Positions 1 to 12,628 of a stretch of 41,492 bases of DNA are shown here, piece by piece. How positions within the stretch are numbered: position 1 is the first letter of the stretch; every line of letters begins with the position of its first letter. The DNA comes from Candidatus Enterousia excrementavium (GTDB lineage: Bacteria; Pseudomonadota; Alphaproteobacteria; Rs-D84). The notes beneath the pieces are model-generated. The model searched no databases. It saw only the letters and a list, made by a program, of their open reading frames with translations, and was not told the origin of the DNA. Position numbers and translations under genes: made by a program. The stretch is taken from NCBI GenBank assembly GCA_017694175.1, contig JADINE010000028.1, positions 1 through 41,492 on the forward strand, read 5' to 3'.

Positions 1-127
1 GGATGATAAAAATCGCAGATTCCTGCTATTTTTTAATAAAAAGTTCGAGGTTTTCTCAAAAACGGCAAATAATAAAACTGTTGACCTCGAATTGTTTAGT
101 TGATGGAAAAAATGTAGTAATAACAAT

Positions 128-164
128 GAAAAAATCCCTTTGCTCAAATACTTGAAACAAAGGG
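128..164 (-). terminator. Rho-independent terminator downstream of tRNA-Asn
   Basis: Stem CCCTTTG (136-142) pairs with CAAAGGG (158-164), with an inner TCAA/TTGA extension. Read on the minus strand it is followed by a T-run (plus-strand A-run 129-134). Confidence 0.6.
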
Positions 165-174
165 TTGTCTATCT

Positions 175-250
175 TGGCTCGGGCTACTGGACTCGAACCA
201 GTGACATACGGATTAACAGTCCGTTGTTCTACCGACTGAACTAAGCCCGA
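175..250 (-). tRNA. tRNA-Asn (anticodon GTT)
   Basis: The reverse complement folds as a cloverleaf. Acceptor TCGGGCT/AGCCCGA, D arm GTTC..GAAC, anticodon stem ACGGA/TCCGT with loop CTGTTAA, T arm ACTGG-TTCGAGT-CCAGT, discriminator G, encoded CCA. Confidence 0.93.
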
Positions 251-370
251 ACAGCCCGCATATCATATAACCTTTTTAATCCCATTTCAAGTACTTTTTT
301 TATCCATTGCGATTTATCTTTTTTGGTGCTATATTTCACCACGTCCAATAAAAAACATAGAGGAAGCAAA

Positions 371-1198
371 ATGTTATTAAAAGGAAAAAAGATTTTAATC
401 ACAGGTGTTGCAAACGATTGGTCTATGGCGTGGGCTATTGCCCGCCGCGCGCACGACGAAGGCGCAGAAATCGCCATGCCTTATGCAATGCCAAATTTGG
501 AAAAGCGTGTGCGCCCGTTGGCTGAATCCATTGGCGCAAAATTTGTCCAGGAATGCAATGTTCAAAACGATGAACAAATGGATGATTTATTCAATAAAAT
601 CGAAAGCGAATGGGGCAAATTGGATGGCATGCTGCACGCGATTGCGTTTTCAGACAAAAATGAATTAACAGGCCGTTATGCAGACACCACACGTGCGAAT
701 TTCAAAAACACCATGGACGTGTCTGTGTATTCGTTGGTTGATTTGACACGCCGTGCGTCCAAATTAATGACCGACGGCGGCAGCATTGTCACATTAACAT
801 ACTATGGCGGCGAAAAATCTGTACCGAATTATAACGTTATGGGCGTTGCGAAATCTGCCCTGGACAGCAGTGTTCGCTATCTGGCATCTGACCTGGGGCG
901 TGATAAAATTCGCATCAACGCAATCAGCGCAGGCCCGATTATGACCCTGGCGTCGTCTGGCGTAGGCGGCATGAAATCCATGCTGCGCCTGAATGCGGAA
1001 CAAACCCCGCTGCGTCGCAATATGACGTTGGACGATGTGTCCGGTGCGGCCGTGTATTTGTTCAGTGATTTGTCCAGTGCAGTGACAGGCGAAGTTCATC
1101 ATGTTGATTGCGGGTATTCCACAACAGGCATGATACCAAACGATTTGAAAGAAGTTTTGTTGCGCGGTTTGGACGAACAAAACGAACAAAATAAATAG
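371..1198 (+). CDS. fabI: Enoyl-[acyl-carrier-protein] reductase (NADH), FabI
   Basis: N-terminus MLLKGKKILITGVAND.SMAWAIA gives a Rossmann glycine motif. The Y-x6-K catalytic pattern is present (YNVMGVAKSAL). AGGAAG lies upstream of the ATG at 371. The ORF track extends it to 323. Confidence 0.9.
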   Translation: MLLKGKKILITGVANDWSMAWAIARRAHDEGAEIAMPYAMPNLEKRVRPLAESIGAKFVQECNVQNDEQMDDLFNKIESEWGKLDGMLHAIAFSDKNELTGRYADTTRANFKNTMDVSVYSLVDLTRRASKLMTDGGSIVTLTYYGGEKSVPNYNVMGVAKSALDSSVRYLASDLGRDKIRINAISAGPIMTLASSGVGGMKSMLRLNAEQTPLRRNMTLDDVSGAAVYLFSDLSSAVTGEVHHVDCGYSTTGMIPNDLKEVLLRGLDEQNEQNK

Positions 1199-1216
1199 TA
1201 TCGTGTTAAGTCAAAA

Positions 1217-1240
1217 ATCCCGTCATTTGGCGGGATTTTT
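1217..1240 (+). terminator. Intrinsic terminator after fabI
   Basis: ATCCCG (1217-1222) pairs with CGGGAT (1231-1236), followed by a T-run. Confidence 0.65.
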
Positions 1241-1356
1241 ATTTATGAATATTTTCCTGTAATTTTTGGTTGATTTTTTATAAGAATACAATCATAATTA
1301 GAATACAGTCAAAGAAATACAGCATATTTAACAGAAATACAATGGAGGGGTGTGAT

Positions 1357-3663
<2,307 letters not shown>

Positions 3664-3664
<1 letters not shown>

Positions 3665-3681
3665 CCGCCCAAATGGGCGGT
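3664..3681. terminator. Hairpin terminator between convergent ligA and the OMP gene
   Basis: ACCGCCC-AAAT-GGGCGGT, a 7-bp GC-rich stem, sits directly after the ligA stop and directly after the stop of the minus-strand gene. Confidence 0.6.
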
Positions 3682-3685
3682 GTCT

Positions 3686-4288
3686 TTATAACCCAAACTT
3701 ATATGCAGCACTTATGTAAAGTTCAGTTCCGTCAACCTCGACAGAAGCGCTGTTGCCGTTACCCTGCAAATTTAAATCGCCATAGTTCTGATATTTAACC
3801 CCAAGGCTTAAATCAACACGTTCATTCAGTGCGAAATTCACGCCGGCCATCGCGCCCCACGACATATCTGCGGTGGCGTCATCCATGCCGTTATCTGCAT
3901 CGCCCCACAGCCCAGATACACCAACCCCCAGGCCAACAAATGGTTCCACAGCGCCGCCGAACTGTTGATACAAATATACATTCAGCATATTTGCCCAAAC
4001 ATTAAAATTATATCCAGATTGTTTTGCATACGTGTATTCTGTTTCGAATTCTATTTTTATATGGTCTGTCAACCGATTGCCAACCATAGCGCCGAAACCA
4101 AAGCTGTCCTCGCGCAGGGTCCAACCATCGCCAACCCCAGGTTCAATTCCAAACGCAATATTTTCATTTTTGTGAATACGAATTCCGACATAGTTGTCGC
4201 GTTTTGGCGTGGAATCATATCCATATTCGTTGGCCAACGCAGGCACAGTTAACACACACATCATTAAAATTGGAAATATTTTTTTCAT
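3686..4288 (-). CDS. Small outer-membrane beta-barrel protein (OmpA-like/Opa-like 8-strand family)
   Basis: Signal peptide MKKIFPILMMCVLTVPALA-NE. Alternating hydrophobic and aromatic strands. Gly- and aromatic-rich, with an aromatic residue near the C-terminus (AAYKFGL). Confidence 0.6.
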   Translation of the reverse strand: MKKIFPILMMCVLTVPALANEYGYDSTPKRDNYVGIRIHKNENIAFGIEPGVGDGWTLREDSFGFGAMVGNRLTDHIKIEFETEYTYAKQSGYNFNVWANMLNVYLYQQFGGAVEPFVGLGVGVSGLWGDADNGMDDATADMSWGAMAGVNFALNERVDLSLGVKYQNYGDLNLQGNGNSASVEVDGTELYISAAYKFGL

Positions 4289-4389
4289 CTGGCTTCCTTT
4301 CTTTTGCGTATGCGACAATTATAGTTTTAATTTATGGAAAAACGCAAGCCGTTTGTGATATAATTCCACCAAACAGGAATTAACAATCG

Positions 4390-6153
4390 ATGCGCAACAC
4401 CACAGACAATACAAAACAAAAAAAATCCAAGCCATCACGTTGGTGGCGTGTTGTTGTATGGTGTGTGAATTTGTTTTTGTTGGCATTGGTGGGTGTGGCT
4501 ATATACGTTGTGATAATATTTTTGCAAATGCCGTCATTGGATGCCATTTTGCATGAAACCCGCCCGGCGGCTGTGATATTTATGGACAAAGATGGGCGTG
4601 AAATTCGCGCATCAAATCGCATAATGGGCACGCCTGTATCGGTGGAAACTTTGCCTCCATATGTGTGGCAATCAATTGTTGCGATCGAAGATAAAAGATT
4701 TTTTGAGCACGGCCCAATTGATATTCGTGGTATTACGCGGGCAATGTTGTCTAATTTAATACACGGGCGATTTGCAGCGGGCGGTTCGTCCATTACTCAA
4801 CAGACTGCTAAAAACATATTTTTATCGCGTGAAAAAAAGATTTCGCGCAAAGTCCAGGAATTAATTTTATCGTACTGGTTGGAAAACAGATTTACTAAAA
4901 ATCAAATTTTGGATTTGTACATGAACCGCGTATCACTGGTTGGCGGCATGCGCGGCATAGATGCGGCATCACGCGTAATGTTTCAAAAATCTGCGAATGA
5001 ATTATCCATTGCCCAGGCTGCACAAATCGCCGCTATGTTAAAGGCGCCAACAACATACAGCCCATTGGTAAATCCAGATAAAAATATTGCCCGTGCGCGC
5101 ATAATATTACAGGAAATGGTGCGCCAGGGATATATCACATTAAATCAGGCCCGTATTGCTGCGCGCGAATTGGCGCCGGCTGTGCCTGCACCGAACACGA
5201 ATATATATCGTTATTGGACGGATTTTGTATTGGACGAAGCACGTTCAACAATTGGCACATTCGAAACCGATGTGTACGTGTACACCACGCTGGATATGGA
5301 TTTACAGGAACGAATTGCACATATTTTGCCCGAGCATGTTGGTGAAAACCAGGGGGCGGTTATTGCAATGAATACAGATGGTGCATTGCGTGCGATGGTT
5401 GGCGGCACAGATTATCAGGAAAGCCAATTTAATCGCACATTGGCTTTGCGTCAACCGGGCAGTTCATTCAAGCCAGTGGTATATTTGGTTGCGCTGGAAA
5501 ACGGTATGACACCCGATACATACGTAAACGATTCACCGTTTACAATTGGTGATTATTCGCCACAAAATTACAATAATCGCTACTATGGCGATATCACATT
5601 GGCCACAGCATTTGCAAAATCTGTGAATTCAGTGCCATTAAAATTAACCCAGGAATTTGGCATAGATGCAGTTCTGGATATGGCGGCGCGTTTGGGCGTT
5701 GGTAATAAATTACGACGTGAATATTCAACTGTGTTGGGCGCGTCTGAAATGTCGTTGCTGGACTTAACAAATATTTATGCGGTTATTTGGAATAATGGTC
5801 AATCCGTGCGTCCGTATTCGATTACTAAAATCACAGACCCATATGGAAATATAATTTATGAACGCAATCCATCAGATGCGCTTCAAATTCTTATGCCACA
5901 AACTGTTGAATACATGAATCATTTGCTGGCCGATGTTGTTGCCGTTGGTGGCACCGGTCACAGGGCAATGGCACCGGGCGTTTTGGGCGGGAAAACAGGA
6001 ACCAGTAACGATAACCGCGATGCATGGTTTATTGGTGCATGGAATGATTTGGTTTTGGGTGTTTGGATGGGGCGTGATGATAATACGTCTATGTCTTCGA
6101 AAATCACGGGCGGCACTGTTCCAGCCACGATTTTCCACGAAATCGTGAAATAA
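4390..6153 (+). CDS. Class A penicillin-binding protein (GT51 transglycosylase plus transpeptidase), PBP1A family
   Basis: N-terminal TM helix. GT51 motifs EDKRFFEHGPID and GGSSITQQ. Transpeptidase motifs SSFK (SxxK), SVN and KTGTS. Confidence 0.9.
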   Translation: MRNTTDNTKQKKSKPSRWWRVVVWCVNLFLLALVGVAIYVVIIFLQMPSLDAILHETRPAAVIFMDKDGREIRASNRIMGTPVSVETLPPYVWQSIVAIEDKRFFEHGPIDIRGITRAMLSNLIHGRFAAGGSSITQQTAKNIFLSREKKISRKVQELILSYWLENRFTKNQILDLYMNRVSLVGGMRGIDAASRVMFQKSANELSIAQAAQIAAMLKAPTTYSPLVNPDKNIARARIILQEMVRQGYITLNQARIAARELAPAVPAPNTNIYRYWTDFVLDEARSTIGTFETDVYVYTTLDMDLQERIAHILPEHVGENQGAVIAMNTDGALRAMVGGTDYQESQFNRTLALRQPGSSFKPVVYLVALENGMTPDTYVNDSPFTIGDYSPQNYNNRYYGDITLATAFAKSVNSVPLKLTQEFGIDAVLDMAARLGVGNKLRREYSTVLGASEMSLLDLTNIYAVIWNNGQSVRPYSITKITDPYGNIIYERNPSDALQILMPQTVEYMNHLLADVVAVGGTGHRAMAPGVLGGKTGTSNDNRDAWFIGAWNDLVLGVWMGRDDNTSMSSKITGGTVPATIFHEIVK

Positions 6154-6196
6154 ATCACTTGAACGAATTTTGGTATTTTTGTACAGTTGGTGCGTT

Positions 6197-7969
6197 ATGT
6201 CGTACGATTACAATAAAAAATTACCAAAATCTTTATGGAAATTTTACTTTAAATACGCAATGCGTGGCCATTGGCCTTTGATGATTGTGTATGCGATATT
6301 GTTCATGTGCGTTATGTCAGACGCTGTGTTGTTCCCAAATTATCAGCGTTGGTTTATCGCATTGTTTGAACAAACGCCACCGGCGGGGGTTGGTTTTGTT
6401 GAATTTGCATTGCCTACAATACTGTTGATTACGGGGTTGTTCATATTGTGGGACACTTGTTTACTGTTGCGGGCCATGTTGCACGGCCGTTGGCAACCGA
6501 TAATATCAAATCAAATATCTGATGTGTTAAATGATTTTGTACAGCATCAATCCATGTCGTTTTGGACGGGGCGCATGGCGGGCAAAATAAATTCCCAGAT
6601 AAACTATGTGTCAACTGGATTCACGGTTATTACGAATTTCTTGGAGATAATTGGATCCATCGTGATGATTTTGATAAACGTAGGATTGATATTGGAAATA
6701 AATTCATACGTTGCGTTAATTTTTGCAGTCGTTTTTGTATTCAGATTGGTATACGGATTGGCACTGATGAAACCAATGAGTAATTCAGCCAAAAACGCCA
6801 GCGAAGAAAACAGTTCATTGTCGGGCAAAATTGTCGACAGTATTTCGAATTATTCGGTTGTAAAATTATTTGCCGCCGCAGATGCTGAGCGCGAATATTT
6901 GAAGCCTGCACGTAAAAAGACCATTACCACACGTATTTATTCATTTTTTATTCAACGTTGGTTTTGGGGATTGCCGAATTATGTGTGGGATATCGCGTTT
7001 GGGCTGACTATGTTGCTGTGCGTGATATTGTTTGCTAATGGCAACATATTGGTGTCTGAAATAGTATTCACAATGTCTGTGTTCTTTAACGTTATGGGAA
7101 TGATATCGCGTATCATCGGTCAAATCCCGGACGTAGTGGAAAAATTGGGCAGTGCGAAAAAATCGTATGATGAATTAAATATAGATTTGGCTGTGCGTGA
7201 TGCGGAAAATGCGCCTGATTTAATCGTTACACATGGCAAAATAGAATTTAAAAACGTGTGGTTCAAATATAAACGTAAATGGGTTTTGCGTGATTTTAAT
7301 TTGACTATCCAAGCCGGCGAACGTGTGGGATTGGTTGGGCCGTCGGGCGCGGGTAAATCAACACTGGTGCATTTGTTGATGCGGTTTTACGACCCAACGC
7401 GTGGCGAAATTTTAATCGACGGGCAAGATATAAAAACAGTAACCCAGGATTCTTTGCGTCGCAGTATTGCCTTTATCCCCCAGGAACCAACCTTGTTCAA
7501 TCGCACAATTCGTGAAAATATTGAATACGGTAAACCGGGCGCCACAGATAAACAAATTCGTGATGCGTCGCATCGTGCGGCCGCGCATGATTTCATTATG
7601 GGCACGGAAAAGAAATATGATTCCATGGTTGGAGATCGCGGCATAAAATTATCAGGCGGCCAAAAACAGCGTATTGCGATTGCACGCGCATTTTTGAAAA
7701 ATGCCCCAATCCTAGTATTGGACGAGGCTACATCCGCCCTGGACAGCGAAACAGAAATAGCAATTCAAAAATCTTTTGATGATTTGGCACACGGCCGCAC
7801 AACTTTGGCAATTGCGCACAGATTATCAACTTTGCGTAATATGGACAAAATCGTTGTGCTGGATAATGGGGAAATAGTGGAACAGGGCACACACAACCAA
7901 TTGCTGCGCCGCCGCGGCGAATATGCGCGTTTGTGGAAAATGCAATCTGGCGGATTTATCCAGGAATAA
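6197..7969 (+). CDS. ABC exporter, fused permease/ATPase (MsbA-like half transporter)
   Basis: Six predicted TM helices at the N-terminus. Walker A GPSGAGKST, signature LSGGQKQR, Walker B ILVLDEATSALD. Confidence 0.88.
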   Translation: MSYDYNKKLPKSLWKFYFKYAMRGHWPLMIVYAILFMCVMSDAVLFPNYQRWFIALFEQTPPAGVGFVEFALPTILLITGLFILWDTCLLLRAMLHGRWQPIISNQISDVLNDFVQHQSMSFWTGRMAGKINSQINYVSTGFTVITNFLEIIGSIVMILINVGLILEINSYVALIFAVVFVFRLVYGLALMKPMSNSAKNASEENSSLSGKIVDSISNYSVVKLFAAADAEREYLKPARKKTITTRIYSFFIQRWFWGLPNYVWDIAFGLTMLLCVILFANGNILVSEIVFTMSVFFNVMGMISRIIGQIPDVVEKLGSAKKSYDELNIDLAVRDAENAPDLIVTHGKIEFKNVWFKYKRKWVLRDFNLTIQAGERVGLVGPSGAGKSTLVHLLMRFYDPTRGEILIDGQDIKTVTQDSLRRSIAFIPQEPTLFNRTIRENIEYGKPGATDKQIRDASHRAAAHDFIMGTEKKYDSMVGDRGIKLSGGQKQRIAIARAFLKNAPILVLDEATSALDSETEIAIQKSFDDLAHGRTTLAIAHRLSTLRNMDKIVVLDNGEIVEQGTHNQLLRRRGEYARLWKMQSGGFIQE

Positions 7970-8018
7970 AATTATTGATAAAATCTGTTTTTATTGCGGG
8001 TAAATTTATGATATAATA

Positions 8019-8999
8019 ATGGGCATGAAGAAGTGCAGGAATCTGTTATTGCTGTCCGTTTTATCGTGCCTGGTGTGTGCGCCGGCGCGGGCGGATTGGG
8101 AATATCCGGGCTATTATGTTGGTGACGGTGCATACGTTGACGATGGCGGGCGTTTTGTTGTGTCTGTTCGTGGTGGTGCATCTTTTGGATTTGGTTCCAT
8201 AAAAAACGAAATTGGTGAATTAACGCCGCGCTATTACAGTGATGGTGTATCGATTTTGTCGGAATTGGCATATTTGCAGGGCGTGGAACAGGGTCTGTAC
8301 GAAGATTATTCTTTTGTTGGATACATAAATTTGGGTGATTTGCCTGCGTCCAAGGATTACGAGGCGTTTACATTTGCCGCCGGGGCCAGTGTTGGATGGA
8401 CAATTCCAAACAGTTCCCAATGGCGCATTGAACTGGGCTGGGATCATATATCCGAAACAGAATATAACGCATCCCCATTTTTAGAGGGCGAGGCTGAATT
8501 GCTCGGCACGACCGAGGGCGGAATTGCACTTATATCCAGTGGCGCGGTGCAGTCCAGTGTTACGACCGATATCATCAGCGTAATGGCATTTTATGATTTT
8601 TACGATGGCGTGCAAAAGCCGGCGCGTAAAATGATACCGTATGTTGGTTTTGGTGTTGGCTATGCCGATATCACGACCGTGTTGAACATGACAGATTTGT
8701 ATGGTGATTTATCATTAATTGCGGAATTATTACCATATGGTGACAAAGCGGGCGATTTGGAACCTATACAGTTTTACCGTTCTGAACGTACAACTGCGAA
8801 CATAGCTGGCCTGGTTGCATTGGGATTTTCATACGGCATTAATGAAAACATATATTTTGATTTTGGGGCGCGTGTTGCATATATTCCGCGAATTCGCTGT
8901 TCGTTAAGCAACAAAGATGGCACATTGTATCGCGATTGGTTCAGTTCTGAAAACACGATTTATGCAAACATAATGCTTGGGTTGCGTTTTGAATTCTGA
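8019..8999 (+). CDS. Outer-membrane beta-barrel protein (porin-like), unknown specificity
   Basis: Signal peptide ...LVCAPARA-DW. Amphipathic strand pattern. Terminal LGLRFEF with C-terminal Phe, typical of a BAM substrate. An alternative start is at 8025. Confidence 0.55.
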   Translation: MGMKKCRNLLLLSVLSCLVCAPARADWEYPGYYVGDGAYVDDGGRFVVSVRGGASFGFGSIKNEIGELTPRYYSDGVSILSELAYLQGVEQGLYEDYSFVGYINLGDLPASKDYEAFTFAAGASVGWTIPNSSQWRIELGWDHISETEYNASPFLEGEAELLGTTEGGIALISSGAVQSSVTTDIISVMAFYDFYDGVQKPARKMIPYVGFGVGYADITTVLNMTDLYGDLSLIAELLPYGDKAGDLEPIQFYRSERTTANIAGLVALGFSYGINENIYFDFGARVAYIPRIRCSLSNKDGTLYRDWFSSENTIYANIMLGLRFEF

Positions 9000-9000
9000 T

Positions 9001-9027
9001 ATCCGCCGCACGGCGGATTTTTATTTT
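9001..9027 (+). terminator. Intrinsic terminator after the OMP gene
   Basis: ATCCGCCG/CGGCGGAT hairpin followed by TTTTTATTTT. Confidence 0.7.
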
Positions 9028-10541
9028 ATGCCATATTTCCCGCGGTTAATTGGGCGATAAGATAAAGCCTCGGCCAGGTCAGCCATTTCAATGTTATCCG
9101 CCCCGCGCAGGTCTGCAATTGTGCGTGCAATGCGGCGAATTCGGTTATAACCACGTGCAGACATTCCCATTTTTTCGGCGGCATCGTTCAGAAATTCGGT
9201 TAATTCGTGTGATAATGGCGCGGCTGCATCCAGTGCTGCACCATCCAGTTGCGCATTAGGCACGCCCTGGCGGGCGATTTGGCGATTGCGTGCGGCAACA
9301 ACACGCACACGAATTTGGGCAGATGTTTCCGCCGGTGTGTCGTCGTTTTTGTTCATATCCCACGGATTAACCGGGTCAACATCAACGTGTAAATCAATTC
9401 TGTCCAGCAACGGGCCAGAAATCTTGTTTTGATACGCTTCGGCGCATCTGGGCGCGCGGGAACAGGACAGCGCGGCATTTCCCAAATGCCCGCATGGACA
9501 TGGATTCATGGCGGCAATTAATTGAAATCGTGCAGGATATGTTGCAGTGCGTCGCGCGCGTGCAACCATGATTTTGCCGGCCTCCATCGGTTGGCGTAAA
9601 ATTTCCAAAGTGGCGCGATTAAATTCAGGCAGTTCGTCCAAGAATAAAACACCATTGTGTGCCAATGATATTTCGCCCGGGCGTGCATCTGCGCCGCCAC
9701 CCGCCAGTGATACCGCGCTGGATGTGTGATGCACACTGCGAAACGGGCGATTTGTAATCAAAGATTTTCCGTTTAATTGTCCGGCTATGGAATAAATAAT
9801 GGAAGTTTCCAAAATTTCGTCGGGCGTCATTTCTGGTAAAATCGTTGGCAATCGCGACGCCAGCATAGTTTTCCCAGACCCCGGCGGCCCAACCATAAGC
9901 ATCGCATGCCCGCCCGCTGCGGCAATTTCCAATGCGCGTTTTGCAGCGGCCTGGCCGTGAACTTCGGACATATCAATATGATTGTCGGGCTCGGGGGTAA
10001 AATGGTTCTGTTCCGGCACAGGCAAAATCTGAGTGCCTTTGAAATGATTAATTAATTCCAGCACGTGAAACGGCGCCAAAATATTTGTATGCCCGGCCCA
10101 GCGTGCCTCAGCCCCTTGGGCACCGGGACAGATTATTCCACGTTCATGTGCGTTTGCCCAAACACTGGCGGGTAAAACGCCATCCGTTTGCAGTATTGCG
10201 CCATTCAAACTGACCTCGCCGATAATGATGTATTTTTCCAATTCTGATTCAGGCAACACACCCATAGCGCAAAGAATGCCGCACAAAATCGGCAAATCAA
10301 AATGAGAACCTGATTTTTCAACGTCCGCCGGCGACAAGTTCACAGTCAATCGTTTTGGTGGCAACGATATATTTAATGCAGACAAAACATTTCTGATTCT
10401 TTCCGCAGATTCTTTGACCGCGCGATCCGCCAGTCCAATAATATTAAACTCTGGTTTGGCCAATCCTGCCGACAATTGAACCTGGACATCAATAGGTGTC
10501 GCATCCATTCCATTAAATATGATTGAATTCAAAGAAATCAT
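9021..10541 (-). CDS. comM: YifB/ComM family Mg-chelatase-like AAA+ ATPase
   Basis: Lon-protease-like N-terminal domain. Walker A GPPGSGKT, Walker B VLFLDELPEF. The C-terminal ChlI-like region ends ...YRPINRG. Confidence 0.88.
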   Translation of the reverse strand: MISLNSIIFNGMDATPIDVQVQLSAGLAKPEFNIIGLADRAVKESAERIRNVLSALNISLPPKRLTVNLSPADVEKSGSHFDLPILCGILCAMGVLPESELEKYIIIGEVSLNGAILQTDGVLPASVWANAHERGIICPGAQGAEARWAGHTNILAPFHVLELINHFKGTQILPVPEQNHFTPEPDNHIDMSEVHGQAAAKRALEIAAAGGHAMLMVGPPGSGKTMLASRLPTILPEMTPDEILETSIIYSIAGQLNGKSLITNRPFRSVHHTSSAVSLAGGGADARPGEISLAHNGVLFLDELPEFNRATLEILRQPMEAGKIMVARARRTATYPARFQLIAAMNPCPCGHLGNAALSCSRAPRCAEAYQNKISGPLLDRIDLHVDVDPVNPWDMNKNDDTPAETSAQIRVRVVAARNRQIARQGVPNAQLDGAALDAAAPLSHELTEFLNDAAEKMGMSARGYNRIRRIARTIADLRGADNIEMADLAEALSYRPINRGKYGIK

Positions 10542-10601
10542 ATCAGCATATTAAAACTTGCGCTTAATCAATTCAAGTTATAAAATGGTGCGGACAAAGG
10601 A

Positions 10602-11561
10602 ATGAAAAATATGCCATTGAACAAGAAAAAAAATGTTGCACGCGATTGGTTTAACACCATTTTTTACGGTGTTTTAATTGCTATTTTATTTCGCAGTTTT
10701 TTACTGGAACCGTTTAATATTCCATCGGGTTCTATGATACCAACATTGCATGTTGGCGATCATATTTTTGTTCAAAAATGGCCATACGGATATTCGCGAT
10801 ATTCATTCCCGTTTGGGTCTTGGAATTTGTGGAATGGGCGTTTTTGGGGACATGAACCCGAGGTTGGCGATGTGATTGTTTTTCGTGGTCCCGATGGGGA
10901 TAATAATGATTATATAAAGCGACTGATTGGCAAACCGGGCGACACGATTCAAATGAAACAAGGGCGCCTGTATATCAATGGTGAAATTGTGCCACGCGAC
11001 AATCCGCGTCCGTACGTGTTGGCCGTTTTGCCCAAGGAACCCAAACGCGGGCATTTTCAGCGCGGAAATTTTGAAATTGACGGGAACAAGATTTATGTTG
11101 ATAACAAACCGGCTGAATTTAATTACACAATACAGTACGACGACAGGTGCAAAAATTGGTCTAAACAATTTATAAATCTGTCTGAATTCAAAGATGGTTT
11201 CCCAGAAAGTGACGCAAATTGGCGCCCGTATGAAAATCAATGCGGCATCTTTTTGCTTACTGAATACACAGAAACATTGCCAAACGGTGTTACACACAGC
11301 ATAGTCGAAGTAACTGACGAAGGCCCAATGGACAACGACGACAGGGTGTTCACTGTGCCGGAAAACAGTTATTTCTTTATGGGTGATAATCGCGACAACA
11401 GTGCTGACAGTCGTGCTGGATTGGGATTTATTCCGCGTGATAATGTGCTGGGGCCGGCATGGTTTATATGGTATTCCCACAATTATTATTCGCCGATGAT
11501 GGCGGTATGGAATTGGGGTAATAAAATGCGCTGGGACAGATTTGGTATGGGGGTGGATTAA
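10602..11561 (+). CDS. lepB: Signal peptidase I
   Basis: Catalytic Ser box PSGSMIPTL, Lys box YIKRLIGKPGD and box E GDNRDNSADSR. Confidence 0.92.
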   Translation: MKNMPLNKKKNVARDWFNTIFYGVLIAILFRSFLLEPFNIPSGSMIPTLHVGDHIFVQKWPYGYSRYSFPFGSWNLWNGRFWGHEPEVGDVIVFRGPDGDNNDYIKRLIGKPGDTIQMKQGRLYINGEIVPRDNPRPYVLAVLPKEPKRGHFQRGNFEIDGNKIYVDNKPAEFNYTIQYDDRCKNWSKQFINLSEFKDGFPESDANWRPYENQCGIFLLTEYTETLPNGVTHSIVEVTDEGPMDNDDRVFTVPENSYFFMGDNRDNSADSRAGLGFIPRDNVLGPAWFIWYSHNYYSPMMAVWNWGNKMRWDRFGMGVD

Positions 11562-11562
11562 C

Positions 11563-12195
11563 GTGAAGAAACTGAATTACAATTTCAAAAATCCACAGTT
11601 ATTGGAATTGGCATTAACCCAAAGTGGCGCAAACGCAGAACACAATAACGAGCGTTTGGAATTTATCGGCGATCGTGTTTTGGGGCTGTCGGTTGCGGCA
11701 TTACTGTACGAAATGTTTCCCAACGAACACGAAGGCGAATTGGCGCGGCGGCATGCGGTACTGGTGTCCACGGAAACTTTGGCATATGTTGCGTCTGAAT
11801 TGGGCTTGAACAAAAAAATTCATCATGGTCACATGACGGCGGGGCGCATTCAACACATTTGTGCCAACGCGATGGAGGCTGTATTCGGTGCGATTTTTAT
11901 CGATGGCGGATTCGAAATGGCTCAGAAAATAATTGTGTCCATTTGGCGTGATTTGGCCGCAGCTGATGTAACTGCACCAAAAGATGCGAAAACAGCGTTG
12001 CAAGAATTGGTTCAAAAAATGGATAATGGCGCATTGCCTGAATACGAATATTTGGCGCAAACCGGCGCATCGCACAAACCGACATTTAACGTGCGTGTAA
12101 CGGCCATGGGGCAAAGTGCGGACGGGTGCGGTGCATCCAAAAAGGCGGCCAGTATCGCTGCGGCTGATGCGTTGCTGAAAAAACTTGCAATTTAG
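11563..12195 (+). CDS. rnc: Ribonuclease III
   Basis: Signature ERLEFIGDRVL and a C-terminal dsRBD (...GASKKAASIAAADALLKKL). A GTG start at 11563, right after the lepB stop, is preferred. The ORF track gives a TTG start at 11542. Confidence 0.9.
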   Translation: MKKLNYNFKNPQLLELALTQSGANAEHNNERLEFIGDRVLGLSVAALLYEMFPNEHEGELARRHAVLVSTETLAYVASELGLNKKIHHGHMTAGRIQHICANAMEAVFGAIFIDGGFEMAQKIIVSIWRDLAAADVTAPKDAKTALQELVQKMDNGALPEYEYLAQTGASHKPTFNVRVTAMGQSADGCGASKKAASIAAADALLKKLAI

Positions 12196-12231
12196 TGTTT
12201 TGCCATATAAAATTATCGCAAATTAAAGGGT

Positions 12232-12597
12232 TTGTATATGTTTACAATTTTACTGGTTTTGTTAATCATTGTTGCTATTTTAATGACTGGCATAATTTTG
12301 CTCCAAAAATCCGAGGGCAGCGGTATGTCCGGTTCTTCGGCTGCTTCTATGTTTGGCGGCGCGCTGACTGGTGCGGCGGCGGGTAATTTTTTAACCCGTG
12401 CGACGGCGTGGTTGGCAACAATCTTTTTCGTTTTGTGCGCGTTATTGGCATTTATTTCTGCCAAAACAGATATCGCACGTCCGGAAAATTCATTACGTGA
12501 CGAAATTATACAACAGGAAAATGCGGCGGCGGCAATGCCTGCGGCTGAAACAACAACTGATACAGTCCCTGCGCCGTCAGTGCCGGAAAATCAGTAA
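12232..12597 (+). CDS. secG: Preprotein translocase subunit SecG
   Basis: Two TM helices, with the typical ILLQKSEGSGMSG...FGG motif after TM1. Confidence 0.85.
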   Translation: MYMFTILLVLLIIVAILMTGIILLQKSEGSGMSGSSAASMFGGALTGAAAGNFLTRATAWLATIFFVLCALLAFISAKTDIARPENSLRDEIIQQENAAAAMPAAETTTDTVPAPSVPENQ

Positions 12598-12628
12598 TAA
12601 AAAAATCCGTCATTTGACGGATTTTTTA
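12598..12628. terminator. Bidirectional terminator between secG and the convergent glycosyltransferase gene
   Basis: ATCCGTCA/TGACGGAT hairpin flanked by an A-run on the 5' side and a T-run on the 3' side. Confidence 0.75.

Noticed and set aside
10803-11480. 225-aa minus-strand ORF inside lepB
   Set aside because: It is antisense to lepB, whose catalytic boxes are all in the plus frame. It is a shadow ORF.
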